A stretch of 64,000 bases of DNA from Magallana gigas (taxonomy: Eukaryota), in contig NC_088858.1 of NCBI RefSeq assembly GCF_963853765.1, positions 9,114,001-9,178,000 on the forward strand, written 5' to 3'. The translations under genes were made by a program, and so were the position numbers. Below are positions 1 through 12,946 of this stretch, one piece after another. The first letter of the stretch is position 1; every line of letters begins with the position of its first letter. The notes beneath the pieces are model-generated. The model saw nothing but the letters and a program-made list of their open reading frames with translations. It made no database searches and had not been told where the DNA came from.

Positions 1-36
1 CTGACCACAGTATCCCCATTCCTGACCTCTCTTCAG

Positions 37-3000
37 GTGTTTGCCAGTGTCGGAGGCCTGGCCTTGCTGGCAGAGCACCTGCCACTTCTGTACCCGGAGG
101 TCTCACGACAGTCGGTCATGCAGGAGTCAGGGCTGGATCACATGATCAAGAACATGTCTCTTGCTGCTGAAGAATGGTCCATGATAGAACCTTTCCCAGA
201 GGATTTCTATGAGGTAGCGGGGCCGTCTTTTTATTTTGATTCTTGAAAAATATGAAGATTTGTTTAATGTGTATAACTTGACTACTGTATGTTCCCCCCC
301 CCCCCCCAAAAAAAAATATGAAGTGTTTACAAATGATATGTAAATAAAACAAATGTATGTTTTCAGCATTATGAACTATCCCAACCACTGGTATCTAAAT
401 CCAGCAACCCTCCCGTTGCTATGCCAACCATTCCCCCTCATTCCCTGGTCGCCTTTGGTTTGTTTTTGCGACTGCCTGGATATGCGGATGTTCTTCTGAA
501 GGAGAGAAAGAAAGCACAGTGCCTTCTGAGGCTTGTGTTGGGGGTCACAGATGATGGAGATGGGGGTAAGCATATCTAATAGACGCTTCAATGACTGGAG
601 CAGATTTTTGTATAACTTCTTCTTATATGAATTTTTTAAAGGAAGAAGCATGCATTAAAGGGCTCCTACTTTCTCTTGCAGGTCACATCTTGACTTCCCC
701 TATTGCCAGCTCTCTGCCCACCCTGCCTTTCCTGGTTCTGAAGTCCCTGTATGACAGCTCCCCCCTGACTACAGATGATGGAGTGTTGCTGAGGAGGATG
801 TCCCTAGAGATCTGGGCGATACACCTAATACTGGCCTGTCTGTCCGTCCTCAGTCACCACGCCCCAAGGGTGCCAGTCCAGGGGTTCCAACAGGAGGTCA
901 GTGATAAAATTAATACTTGCAATGTAAATACAAGTATATTTCATTTTACTTCTTCATATAACAATGTTATTAGTATTCCAAGATATTTGATTTAAATAAT
1001 ACTTTTATCATGAAAGACATTAATTGACAGAACAACAGGCATTGCCTATGGTAAGTCCTCTCCATAAAAATTTATAGATTTAATGGAACTTGTGAAATGT
1101 GTATCTAATGATGTCTAATGGTTTGTCCTTCAGGCTCAGTTGATCCTGTCTGCCATGCAGTCTGCTAACACTCCGGCCAGTGTTCCTGTACAGACCCAGA
1201 CAGAGGAGAAGTCCCAGCAGTACTGGGCCAAGGGCACCGGGTTTGGGACCGGGTCCACCACCTCCAGCTGGGACGCTGAACAAGCTCTGATGAGACAGAA
1301 GAGTGAGGAGGAGCATGTGGCCTGTCTTCTACAAGTGAGTGAATACTTCTGTACATGTTAATTACATTTAAATCTATTTTCTTTGTTATTATGGTCTTTG
1401 TGTTTTCAGATTGTTGATGATGTTTTATATTAATTGTTTTTGATAGACTTGAAAATGAATGTTTTTGCAGGTACTTGCCAGTTATATAAATCCAGGGGGT
1501 GATGTTCCCAAAGATTTCGAGTCAGAAAACTTTTCTTCACCAGCGGAGAAGTCGCTCCTGCCAGACGTGATATATGAACTGTTGAGTCAGTCATGTATTG
1601 TTCCAGCCATTTCTTCCTATTTGAGGAATGACTCAGTGTTAGATATGGCCAGACACATTCCTCTGTATAGGGCATTGCTTGAGCTACTGAGGGGAATAGC
1701 AGTTACCCCATCTCTTGTCCCCCTCTTGCTACCCCTGGAGAAGGACAATGGACCAGATACAGCCACTTCTGTTGGAGTTTTGCTTGACAAAATGAGAGTC
1801 TGTGTGGATACATATGCAAGCAGGTTAAGGTATGTATATGAACATCTCTTGGCCTTGCAGCAGTATATCATAGCAAACACAGTATAGTGAATGTAAAGAT
1901 TAAAACTGGGACTTCAAGGGTTACCTGACACACCCTAGCAACATATTGTAGTCGTAGGCCAACAAATATCCATCCTCCATTAACGTGTGGATGTTTATCC
2001 ATTAACATTTGGATATTTGTTACCTTTTCTTCAATCTAAGTTGTGTTTATTTTATTCTATTACCGTATATACTCGCCTATAAGTATTGTTCGCCTATAAG
2101 TCGGTTGCCATTTTTCAGGTTCATTTACAAGATTTTGCCATTGACCCTCTTATAAGTCGGGTAATTTTTTCTGGATAATCAGTCTACTGATTGTCAATCA
2201 AATAAGCCCATTTTATCAAGCATTACTATATTCTAGCTAAAAAAATATTGGTGTTTGACCCCTCTGTTGTCATTTGTAGATGCAATGCATTTTAAGTGTT
2301 GGTGTTAAGACATCTATCCTGGATTAATAACTTTCGATTTTGGACGCCATTTTTTTTTTTTATACACTAATGAAAACTTGTCAAAGCTTTAAAAATATTT
2401 TAAATACTATTGAAAATAAAATGATAGTGATTTTGATCCCCTACTGACTGATTAAGATGGTATAGCCCCTTTTAAAAGTGGTGTGTTGGCTTGTGTTGTT
2501 TTAGGTGACATGCCACCTACAGCCACCAATATAGCTATTATCACCTCATGCAGGTGTAATTAATTATGAATAATTATAAAACGATCTTTATTTTTTTAAA
2601 ACAGACCAGCAATTATTCTGGTGTTTAGTTTTTAAGTATTAAACAGAAATTGCTGTTCTGTAATCCAACTAGATCGCTTTTAGACGCCATGTTTTTTAAG
2701 AGTTTTCTGTAAACAGAGTTATCTTTCTTGAAGTTTGTAACTTACGATTTTGGACGCCATTATATTTTTCAAACACTCAATACAACTTGATTATAGCTCA
2801 AAAACTATTTTAGATGCTACTGGAAATAAAATGACAGTGATTTTATCCCCTACTGACTGATTAGGGTTGGTAATTAGCCTCTTAAACTCAGTGTTGGCTT
2901 GTGTTGTTTTAAGTACAGTTATACCTACAGCTATTATCACCTCAGGCGTAAATAATTGCCTGTTTAAATAAAAAATACTTTAAAAAAACTTTTTCATATC

Positions 3001-6000
3001 TTTAAGAAATACAGTTGAAACTTTCAATGTATTTATTAATGTGTTTATCTTTTAGTAATTAAAAAATGAACATGTCAAGTATAGGAATCGCAAGTCAAAA
3101 GTGGGAAGCAAAATGGCACCCAAAAACGAAGTTTTACTCAGTGGAAAAATTTCTGATTGTATGTCATGCCTATAAGTCGGACCCCTACTTTTCATTCAAA
3201 TTTCTTCTCCCAAAATACCGACTTATAAGCGAGTATATACGGTATATGAAGATCGTTGGGTTGATTTGTAGAACCAACAAGGCCAAGAATGGGAATGGCA
3301 ATGTAGCAGAGGAGGAAGAGAATGAAGGACTAGCCATGTTAATACCTAATATCCAGGAAACTGCGAAAATTGTCAAGATTGCTGCAGAGAGGCTACAAAA
3401 GTTAACTGGTACATATAATTAAGAATACATTGACAATTGCATATCATTTTGACAAGTTTTGATATTGATCTTTCTGTCTGTCAATCGTATATCCTTTGCC
3501 TTGAATCCAATTAATTCTTAAATCTAGCTTAAATTTCGAAAACAGAGTGATTTTGGATAAAGATGTAAACTGACTTAAAATCAAATATCAGGGTCAAAAC
3601 AGATCTGCTTGAAGTCCTTCTCATGAGCACATTCTTCCAATCCCCCTATGTGCAAACTGGCTATTGTTGTATCCCTAATGTTTTGTTTCTAGAATCAGAG
3701 AGCAGCAGTGAGGAGATGGACAAGGATAAGGCGGGGCAGGCCGGCCAGGCCAGTGTGGAGGAGCATTACATGACTGTCATGCAGGAGGAGCAATTCGGTG
3801 AGTAGCAAGCTTCACCTAGGTAACATTCTGATGAAGGTCAAACTACTGTAGATTCCTAATTAAACGGAATGAATATCCAAGTAAAATTGTATGAAGTACC
3901 CGTCACAGATTTAAAAATCTCACTTTTATTTACTGAGAGTTAAAAACTAAAAGAGATTAGGGTTAAACTCAGTCACTGAATTCACTCAATTCTCAATCAC
4001 GATTTTATACCGGTGTCATATAATATTTTGATACCGCGAAATATTGAACCCGGGTTCAATATATTATGCGATATTATGAACCCGGGTTCAAAATATCGCT
4101 GCGATATATTGAACCCCCCCATAAAATATTGAACCACGGGTTCAAAATATTATGGCCGCGATATTTTGAAACCCTCTCGAATTTTCACTGCTCTTGGAGA
4201 GGGGGTTCAAAATATTATGGCCGCGATATATTGAACCCCCTTCCTTTTTCCAATTTCCTTTGGAGAGGGGGTTCAAAATATTATGGCTGCTATATATTGA
4301 ACCCCCCTCCTTTTTTTATTGCTATTGGAGAGGGGGTTCAAAATATTATGGCTGCGATATATTGAACCCCCTACCTATTTCCAATTCCTATTGGAGAGGG
4401 GGTTCAAAATATTATGGCTGCGATATATTGAACCCCCTACTGTTTCCAATTTCCTTTGGAGAAGGGGTTCAAAATATTATGGCTGCGATATTTTGAACCC
4501 CCTACCTATTTCCAATTCCCATTGGAGAGGGGGTTCAAAATATCATGGCCGCGATATATTGAACCCCCCTCCTTTTTTTATTGCTATTGGAGAGGGGGTT
4601 CAAAATATTATGGCTGCGATATATTGAACACCCTACTATTTCCAATTCCCATTGGAGAGGGGGTTCAAAATATTATGGCTGCGATATATTGAACCCCCTA
4701 CTGTTTCCAATTTCCTTTGGAGAGGGGGTTCAAAATGTTATGGCTGCGATATTTTGAACCCCCTACCTATTTCCAATTCCCATTGGAGAGGGGGTTCAAA
4801 ATATTATGGCTGCGATGTATTGAACCCCCCTCCTTTTTTGATTGCTATTGGAGAGGGGGTTCAAAATATTATGGCTGCGATATATTGAACCCCCTACCTA
4901 TTTCCAATTCCTATTGGAGAGGGGGTTCAAAATATTATGGCTGCGATATATTGAACCCCCTACTGTTTCCAATTTCCTTTGGAGAGGGGGTTCAAAATAT
5001 TATGGCTGCAATATTTTGAACCCCCTACCTATTTCCAATTCCCATTGGAGAGGGGGTTCAAAATATTATGGCTGCGATATATTGAACCCCCCTCCTTTTT
5101 TTATTGCTATTGGAGAGGGGGTTCAAAATATTATGGCTGTGATATATTGAACACCCTACTATTTCCAATTCCCATTGGAGAGGGGGTTCAAAATATCATG
5201 GCTGCGATATATTGAACCCCCCTCCTTTTTTTATTGCTATTGGAGAGGGGGTTCAAAATATTATGGCTGCGATATATTGAACACCCTACTATTTCCAATT
5301 CCCATTGGAGAGGGGGTTCAAAATATTATGGCTGCGATATATTGAACCCCCTACTGTTTCCAATTTCCTTTGGAGAGGGGGTTCAAAATGTTATGGCTGC
5401 GATATTTTGAACCCCCTACCTATTTCCAATTCCCATTGGAGAGGGGGTTCAAAATATTATGGCTGCGATGTATTGAACCCCCCTCCTTTTTTGATTGCTA
5501 TTGGAGAGGGGGTTCAAAATATTATGGCTGCGATATATTGAACCCCCTACCTATTTCCAATTCCTATTGGAGAGGGGGTTCAAAATATTATGGCTGCGAT
5601 ATATTGAACCCCCTACTGTTTCCAATTTCCTTTGGAGAGGGGGTTCAAAATGTTATGGCTGCGATATTTTGAACCCCCTACCTATTTCCAATTCCCATTG
5701 GAGAGGGGGTTCAAAATATTATGGCTGCGATATATTGAACCCCCCTCCTTTTTTGATTGCTATTGGAGAGGGGGTTCAAAATATTATGGCTGCGATATAT
5801 TGAACACCCTACTATTTCCAATTCCCATTGGAGAGGGGGTTCAAAATATTATGGCTGCGATATATTGAACCCCCTACTGTTTCAATTTTTCCTTTGGAAA
5901 GGGGGTTCAAAATATTATGGCTGCGATATTTTGAACCCCCTACCTATTTCCAATTCCCATTGGAGAGGGGGTTCAAAATATTATGGATGCGATATATTGA

Positions 6001-9000
6001 ACCCCCCTCCTTTTTTGATTGCTATTGGAGAGGGGGTTCAAAATATTATGGCTGCGATATATTGAACCCCCTTCCTATTTCCAATTCCCATTGGAGAGGG
6101 GGTTCAAAATATCATGGCTGCGATATATTGAACCCCCCTCCTTTTTTTATTGCTATTGGAGAGGGGGTTCAAAATATTATGGCTGCGATATATTGAACAC
6201 CCTACTATTTCCAATTCCCATTGGAGAGGGGGTTCAAAATATTATGGCTGCGATATATTGAACCCCCTACTGTTTCCAATTTCCTTTGGAGAGGGGGTTC
6301 AAAATGTTATGGCTGCGATATTTTGAACCCCCTACCTATTTCCAATTCCCATTGGAGAGGGGGTTCAAAATATTATGGCTGCGATGTATTGAACCCCCCT
6401 CCTTTTTTGATTGCTATTGGAGAGGGGGTTCAAAATATTATGGCTGCGATATATTGAACCCCCTACCTATTTCCAATTCCTATTGGAGAGGGGGTTCAAA
6501 ATATTATGGCTGCGATATATTGAACCCCCTACTGTTTCCAATTTCCTTTGGAGAGGGGGTTCAAAATATTATGGCTGCGATATTTTGAACCCCCTACCTA
6601 TTTCCAATTCCCATTGGAGAGGGGGTTCAAAATATTATGGCTGCGATATATTGAACCCCCCTCCTTTTTTTATTGCTATTGGAGAGGGGGTTCAAAATAT
6701 TATGGCTGCGATATATTGAACACCCTACTATTTCCAATTCCCATTGGAGAGGGGGTTCAAAATATTATGGCTGCAATATATTGAACCCCCTACTGTTTCC
6801 AATTTCCTTTGGAGAGGGGGTTCAAAATATTATGGCTGCGATATTTTGAACCCCCTACCTATTTCCAATTCCCATTGGAGAGGGGGTTCAAAATATTATG
6901 GCTGCGATATATTGAACCCCCCTCCTTTTTTGATTGCTATTGGAGAGGGGGTTCAAAATATTATGGCTGCGATATATTGAACCCCCTTCCTATTTCCAAT
7001 TCCCATTGGATAGGGGGTTCAAAATATTATGGCTGCGATATATTGAACCCCCTACTGTTTCTAATATCCTTTGGAGAGGGGGTTCAAAATATTATGGCTG
7101 CGATATTTTGAACCCCCTCTCCAATGGGAATTGGAAATAGGTAGGGGGTTCAATATATCGCAGCCATAATATTTTGAACCCCCTCTCCAATAGCAATCAA
7201 AAAAGGAGGGGGGTTCAATATATCGCAGCCATAATATTTTGAACCCCCTCTCCAATGGGAATTGGAAATAGGTAGGGGGTTCAAAATATCATGGCCATAA
7301 TATTTTGAACCCCCTCTCCAATGGGAATTGGAAAAAGGTAGGGGGTTCAATATATCGCGGCCATAATATTTTGAACCCCCTCTCCAATAGCAATGAAAAA
7401 AAGAGGGGGTTCAAAATATCGCGGCCATAACATTTTGAACTCCCTCTCCAATAGCAATGAAAAATAGAGGGGGGTTCAAAATATCGCGGCCATGATATTT
7501 TGAACCCCCTATCCAATGGGAATTGGAAAAATAGAGGGGGGTTCAAAATATCATGGCCATAATATTTTGAACCCCTTCTCCAATAGCAATGAAAAATAGA
7601 GGGGGGTTCAAAATATCGCGGCCATAATATTTTGAACCCCCTCTCCAATGGGAATTGGAAATAGGTAGGGGGTTCAATATATCGCAGCCATAATATTTTG
7701 AACCCCCTCTCCAATAGCAATCAAAAAAGGAGGGGGGTTCAATATATCGCAGCCATAATATTTTGAACCCCCTCTCCAATGGGAATTGGAAATAGGTAGG
7801 GGGTTCAAAATATCATGGCCATAATATTTTGAACCCCCTCTCCAATGGGAATTGGAAAAAGGTAGGGGGTTCAATATATCGCGGCCATAATATTTTGAAC
7901 CCCCTCTCCAATAGCAATGAAAAAAAGAGGGGGTTCAAAATATCGCGGCCATAACATTTTGAACTCCCTCTCCAATAGCAATGAAAAATAGAGGGGGGTT
8001 CAAAATATCGCGGCCATGATATTTTGAACCCCCTATCCAATGGGAATTGGAAAAATAGAGGGGGGTTCAAAATATCATGGCCATAATATTTTGAACCCCT
8101 TCTCCAATAGCAATGAAAAATAGAGGGGGGTTCAAAATATCGCGGCCATAATATTTTGAACCTCCTATCCAATGGGAATTGGAAAAAGGTAGGGGGTTCA
8201 ATATATCGCAGCCATAATATTTTGAACCAATGAAAAATAAAGGGGGGTTCATAATATCGCGGCCATAATATTTTGAACCCCTTCTCCAATAGCAATGAAA
8301 AATAGAGGGGGGTTCAAAATATCGCGGCCATAATATTTTGAACCTCCTATCCAATGGGAATTGGAAAAAGGTAGGGGGTTCAATATATCGCAGCCATAAT
8401 ATTTTGAACCAATGAAAAATAAAGGGGGGTTCATAATATCGCGGCCATAATATTTTGAACCCCCTCTTCAATAGCAATGAAAAAAAGAGGGGGGTTCAAA
8501 ATATCATGGCCATAATATTTTGAACCTCCTCTCCAATGGGAATTGGAAAAAGGTTGGGGGTTCAATATATCGCGGCCATAATATTTTGAACCCCCTCTCC
8601 AATAGCAATGAAAAAAAGAGGGGGTTCAAAATATCGCGGCCATAACATTTTGAACCCCCTCTCCAATACCAATGAAAAATAGAGGGGGTTCAAAATATCG
8701 CTGCCATAATATTTTGAACCCCCTATCCAATAGCAATGAAAAATAGAGGGGGGTTCAAAATATCGCGGCCATAATATTTTGAACCCCCTCTCCAATGGGA
8801 ATTGGAAAAAGGTAGGGGGTTCAATATATCGCAGCCATAATATTTTGAAACCCCTCTCCAATACCAATGAAAAATAAAGGGGGGTTCAAAATATCGCAGG
8901 CCATAATATTTTGAACCCCCTATCCAATGGGAATTGGAAAAAGGTAGGGGGTTCAATATATCGCGGCCATAATATTTTGAACCCCCTCTCCAATACCAAT

Positions 9001-11210
9001 GAAAAATAGAGGGGGGTTCAAAATATCGCGGCCATAAAATATTGAACCTGGGTTCAATATTTTATGGGGGGGTTCAATATATCGCAGCGATATTTTGAAC
9101 CCGGGTTCAATATATCGCGGGGTTCAAAATATTATATGACACCGGTAATCTCACAATTTAATACAAAACAGCGGGATCACGGAATTAAATACTCTCGTAA
9201 AATAAGGAATTTACAGTAATATACAGTGACATTTGGTTATCTCAGACCGAACGGGTTAAAAAAAAGTTTTGTTATTGGAGAGCTTGAGATGAAGAGGTTA
9301 AAATATTAAAGAAAAAGTGGTTCGAAATTCTAACTCATTCAACATACATGTATCCATGGCATTTGAGTAGAAGACCTTTGAGATATCAATGTTCAACTGT
9401 ACATGTTCATGTGATTTTTCACACTGCATGTGTAGATCTGTGATCATAGGTAAAGAAATTATTTATATGTATTTTCAGGTTCATTTGAGTTTGTTTTGAG
9501 TGATTCAAGTGTGGTAAAGTTTACGTGTTCACACCATTATGAAAATAACGTGAAGGCAGCAGGTGACGTGAGCAATGCTTCTCGCACGCGCCGCCTGGCC
9601 CAGGAAGCCACGACCCTATCTACCTCACTTCCTCTCTCAGGCGGCAGCACTGTGTTTGTCAGGTGTGATGAGGAGAGGCTCGATATCATGAAGGTAATGT
9701 TTTAACACATTGAGACAACCGGGTACTCTGGAATCATTAGAAATCAGGGTGGCTTAGTTTTATTAGGTTTTGAACATAGTCCCTCTCCCACGAACTAGCA
9801 TGCCCAATGAAAAACGAAACAGTTATTATATGCATGTATAATTGCATAAAATCCACAAAATTACATTTCCACCAACCTGTAAGAATTTGACAATCCCCAA
9901 GAGTTGATTCCCATGGATTTAAATGATTCCACTGTATTTTCAATAATTTTATTTCTTTTATAATTCGGTATATTTTTGACATATAAACATGTATTTGAAT
10001 GTGAGTATTTACTGTGATTGTAGGTGATGATAACAGGGCCTTCAGACACTCCATATGAAAATGGCTGCTTCGAGTTTGATGTGTATTTCCCTCCAGATTA
10101 CCCTACATCTCCACCCTTAATAAACCTAGAGACCACAGGGAACCACACCATCCGATTCAACCCCAATCTGTATAATGACGGAAAGGTTCGAATTCCCTTG
10201 ATTTATGTCGACTTCAAAAGTTTTCTTAAATGTGTAGCTAAGTTATATGGTGTTAATATTCTTGTTTTATTTTAAAGGTATGTTTAAGTGTTTTAAACAC
10301 ATGGCATGGAAGACCAGAGGAAAAATGGAATGCTCAGACATCAAGCTTTTTACAGGTTAGTTTATCACCTGTCTTGAACTTGTCTTATTCTTAAAATCAT
10401 TTTTGAATTCACATGCCAGTATGTTTTGATCTTTGTATTGAACTGAAACAACATTAATGGTTATGATTTGACGCTCTCTAGGTGTTGGTATCCATCCAGT
10501 CACTGATTTTAGTGTCTGAGCCGTACTTTAATGAGCCAGGATATGAACGATCTCGAGGGACTCCTTCAGGCACAGCCAGCTCTCGAGAATATGATGCTAA
10601 TATCCGACAAGCTACAGTCAGATGGGCCATGCTGGAACAAATCCGGAACCCAACACCTTGCTTTCGTGAAGTCATCCACAAACACTTCTGGCTGAAGAGA
10701 CACGAGGTTCTAAAGCAGTGTGAAAATTGGATAGCAGAGATGGAGTCATATAGCAATGATAAAAGAACTGGAAGAACTATTGCTCACAGTACTCTGGCAC
10801 TTAAAGTAAGCATCATTCTAATCAATTTAAGAAAAATTCAATACTAGAGTTGATTGGTGTAAAATTTTAATTTATGTAAATAGAGATTTGAATAAAATAA
10901 AAAATTAAAGGAGTTGAGTATTTTGATTCGGTAAATGTACATACATGCATATCTTTTTTTTATCCTTTTATGCATATTTATCATGTCATTACAGAGACAT
11001 TATAACCAGTTAAGAGAGGAAATAGCAAAGATGAAGCCCCCTGAGGGGCTGGAGGACGAGGAAGGGGGTGAGAGCATTGATCCTCAGGGCGTTCACTTCT
11101 CCACCGACTCGGCGTTGTCGTCGGCCATGAACAGTTCCCAGTTAGCCGTCATAGAAAACCTCATCACCGACTCTAATTCCAATTCCGTTCTAGAGGATGG
11201 ATTTTGCTGA
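37..11210 (+). CDS. BIRC6: Baculoviral IAP repeat-containing protein 6 (BRUCE/Apollon), 3' part including the UBC (E2) domain; 5' end lies outside the window
   Basis: Phase-consistent GT-AG exons: 37-213, 367-565, 682-896, 1134-1334, 1471-1829, 3272-3408, 3693-3797, 9479-9693, 10024-10185, 10278-10355, 10482-10805, 10995-11210 (TGA), plus a possible 12-nt microexon at 1039-1050. Peptides match recalled BIRC6: [87 protein letters not shown] (catalytic Cys in exon 10278-10355). AATAAA at 12043-12048. Confidence 0.97.
2063..3242. mobile_element. Non-autonomous TIR DNA transposon (Tc1/mariner-pogo-like) in a BIRC6 intron
   Basis: 22-bp TIR with one mismatch (CCGTATATACTCGCCTATAAGT / ACTTATAAGCGAGTATATACGG), TA on both sides (2061-2062, 3243-3244), repeated subterminal TATAAGTCGG motif, and a diverged internal duplication (about 2325-2570 vs about 2735-2960). 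Confidence 0.8.
4010..9145. mobile_element. Foldback-type non-autonomous element: giant inverted repeat made of about 65-bp hairpin monomers
   Basis: Termini CCGGTGTCATATAATATTTTGA / TCAAAATATTATATGACACCGG flanked by TA (4008-4009, 9146-9147). Monomers run in one orientation to about 7092 and inverted from 7103. The centre is a perfect 22-bp stem (7071-7092 / 7103-7124) around a 10-nt loop. No transposase ORF. Confidence 0.85.
4190..9010. repeat. Tandem array of 65-66-bp monomers with a roughly 523-bp (8-monomer) higher-order period
   Basis: Conserved core TTGGAGAGGGGGTTCAAAATATTATGGCTGCGATATATTGAACCCCC plus 3-4 recurring linker variants. Near-identical shadow ORFs recur at offsets of 523 (4319/4842, 4456/4979, 6221/6744, 6411/6934) and 524 on the right arm (7289/7813, 7543/8067). 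Confidence 0.95.
9224..9399. mobile_element. Short degenerate MITE (CAGT...ACTG termini, TA flanks)
   Basis: TACAGTGACATTTGGTTATCTC at 9222 and GAGATATCAATGTTCAACTGTA ending 9401 are imperfect inverted termini. Confidence 0.45.
9724..9936. mobile_element. About 210-bp MITE, copy 1
   Basis: TACTCTGGAATCATT ... AATGATTCCACTGTA termini. Shares termini and an internal CCCACGAAC motif with the copy at 12194-12411. Confidence 0.6.
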
Positions 11211-12193
11211 CACATTGGAAAACTAGATAACTTTAGAGAAAATCCAGACTATTCCGGCTTCTTGGATTCTGCCAGTGTGACTGGCAGGGGTCCAGAGGGC
11301 CATGTTAATAACTGAAAGCTAGTCATAATACAGAATGTCCAGGCAGTGCTTTCGGCTCTCTTGGGAGCTGTTTGTTCTTGTGATAAGCTGAAATTGTGAT
11401 ATCTGTAACCAGCAGGTCTTGCTGTTCTTGTGTGTGTTCTGTGAGAAATGACTGCAGTGGCTGAGTGCTCATTTATGTGATTTGTGTACAGAGAACAGTA
11501 TTTACCGAGGAGGAAAGATGTCAACTCTTTTTACCTACTCTTGCATTCAAGTCCAATTTTCTTTTTAATGATAGATTTATTGTTTAAAGCAAAGTGATGA
11601 AATCATATTGAATACAATGCTATTTTATTTAATGTACAGAAGAGATCCAGTTAGAACATTGTCTAGTTAGCTATTTATTCTATGTTGATGATTTCTGACA
11701 GGATACTGGCAGCAACAGAATGTTGATTTTATCTCATGCAAATCAATTATGTCGGTTAATGTTCTAAATAGTGCAACTGTGAGATACTGGTAAACATGTG
11801 CATGATTAGAAATTGAATGTGTAGACTTTACATGAAATAAGTTGCATGTAAAACCTTTGGTTGATAATTACTATATTATACAATGTTTTACCAGTAAACT
11901 GTGACTGTTGGTTTAAAATACAGCACAGACACTGTTGACCTCTTGCACACTGTGCTGTGTATGGATCAATGAAATTAATGAAATACCATTTTGGATTTAA
12001 AAATTTGTGGTTTTGTCTCAATCTACATCAAGTGTTCAAATGAATAAATTTAGAGAATTTATGTTATCTCTCTTTTCAGGAAATATTGTCACTTGGATGG
12101 CAAATTGCAATTAATGGTTGTCTGTTTTCATCTATTGTCTTTCATTTGTAAACTTTGAACATTTCATATTCTTTTTTGAAACTACTAAGCTTA

Positions 12194-12411
12194 TACTGTG
12201 GAATCATTTGATTTCCTGGTGGCTTATTTTTTTGTGAAATTCGTAAGTACCTCTCGCCCAAGAATTAACATCTTCCACAAATAAATACATGAGAGTTATA
12301 GTCATATCACCTTTACTAAGTATAAGAAAAATACGAAATTACGTCCCCACGAACCTATAAAATTTCACAAAAATTGCCCCCCCCCCCTCCGAAGTTTAAT
12401 GATTCCACAGT
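12194..12411. mobile_element. About 210-bp MITE, copy 2
   Basis: Perfect 14-bp TIR: ACTGTGGAATCATT (12195-12208) / AATGATTCCACAGT (12398-12411). Confidence 0.7.
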
Positions 12412-12946
12412 TTCGTCTTAATTAGATGCATAAAAAAAGAGTAAGTGGGACATGTATTGCGAAATATCCTCTTCTTTACTTCTTCTACACTTACACTCAG
12501 AGGACTCAGTTTTAGACAACAACTGAAAATTGATGTTATCATTAAAAACAATTTTTGTAGTCCTTGGCATCATGTAGACACTTTGTACATGGTTTTGATG
12601 AGAAGAAAAAAAATCTGTGAAGGTTTTCACTTCAAAATAGGGTCATAAGTAAATGAGAATACATTTTACAGGAAGGTAAATTATTTCAAGAACAATTTTT
12701 ATAAGAATCCTCATTTTACATACAAGCTTTCTTTAGTATAAAAAATTCACAAACATACATAAAACAATTTTGATTTGCTTATATGTACATCTTAGTCATG
12801 TTAATCTTAATTATTAAAATCTTAATAAATAGTGAACGGCATAATTTACATAGAATAAAAATATACACCCTAAAACAACAGCTTTTCACCATGTTCACCG
12901 ATTGTTAAAATTTGACTATTAATACATGTATTGCTATAGATATTAA

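Noticed and set aside
3066-3271. N-terminal extension of ORF 3066-3422
   Set aside because: It reads through the MITE right end; only 3272-3408 is BIRC6 exon.
4066-8956. Dozens of 60-160-aa ORFs ([16 protein letters not shown]...)
   Set aside because: Shadow translations of the tandem repeat on the strand lacking stops; no splice context.
4190-9010. CRISPR-like look (palindromic repeat plus variable spacer)
   Set aside because: The linkers are a few recurring related variants rather than unique spacers, the array inverts at its centre, it lies in a eukaryotic intron, and no cas genes are present.
12495-12522. Minus-strand 28-nt exon-like segment (TTTTCAG...GT|GTAAGT)
   Set aside because: No partner exons, start codon or recognisable product could be linked.
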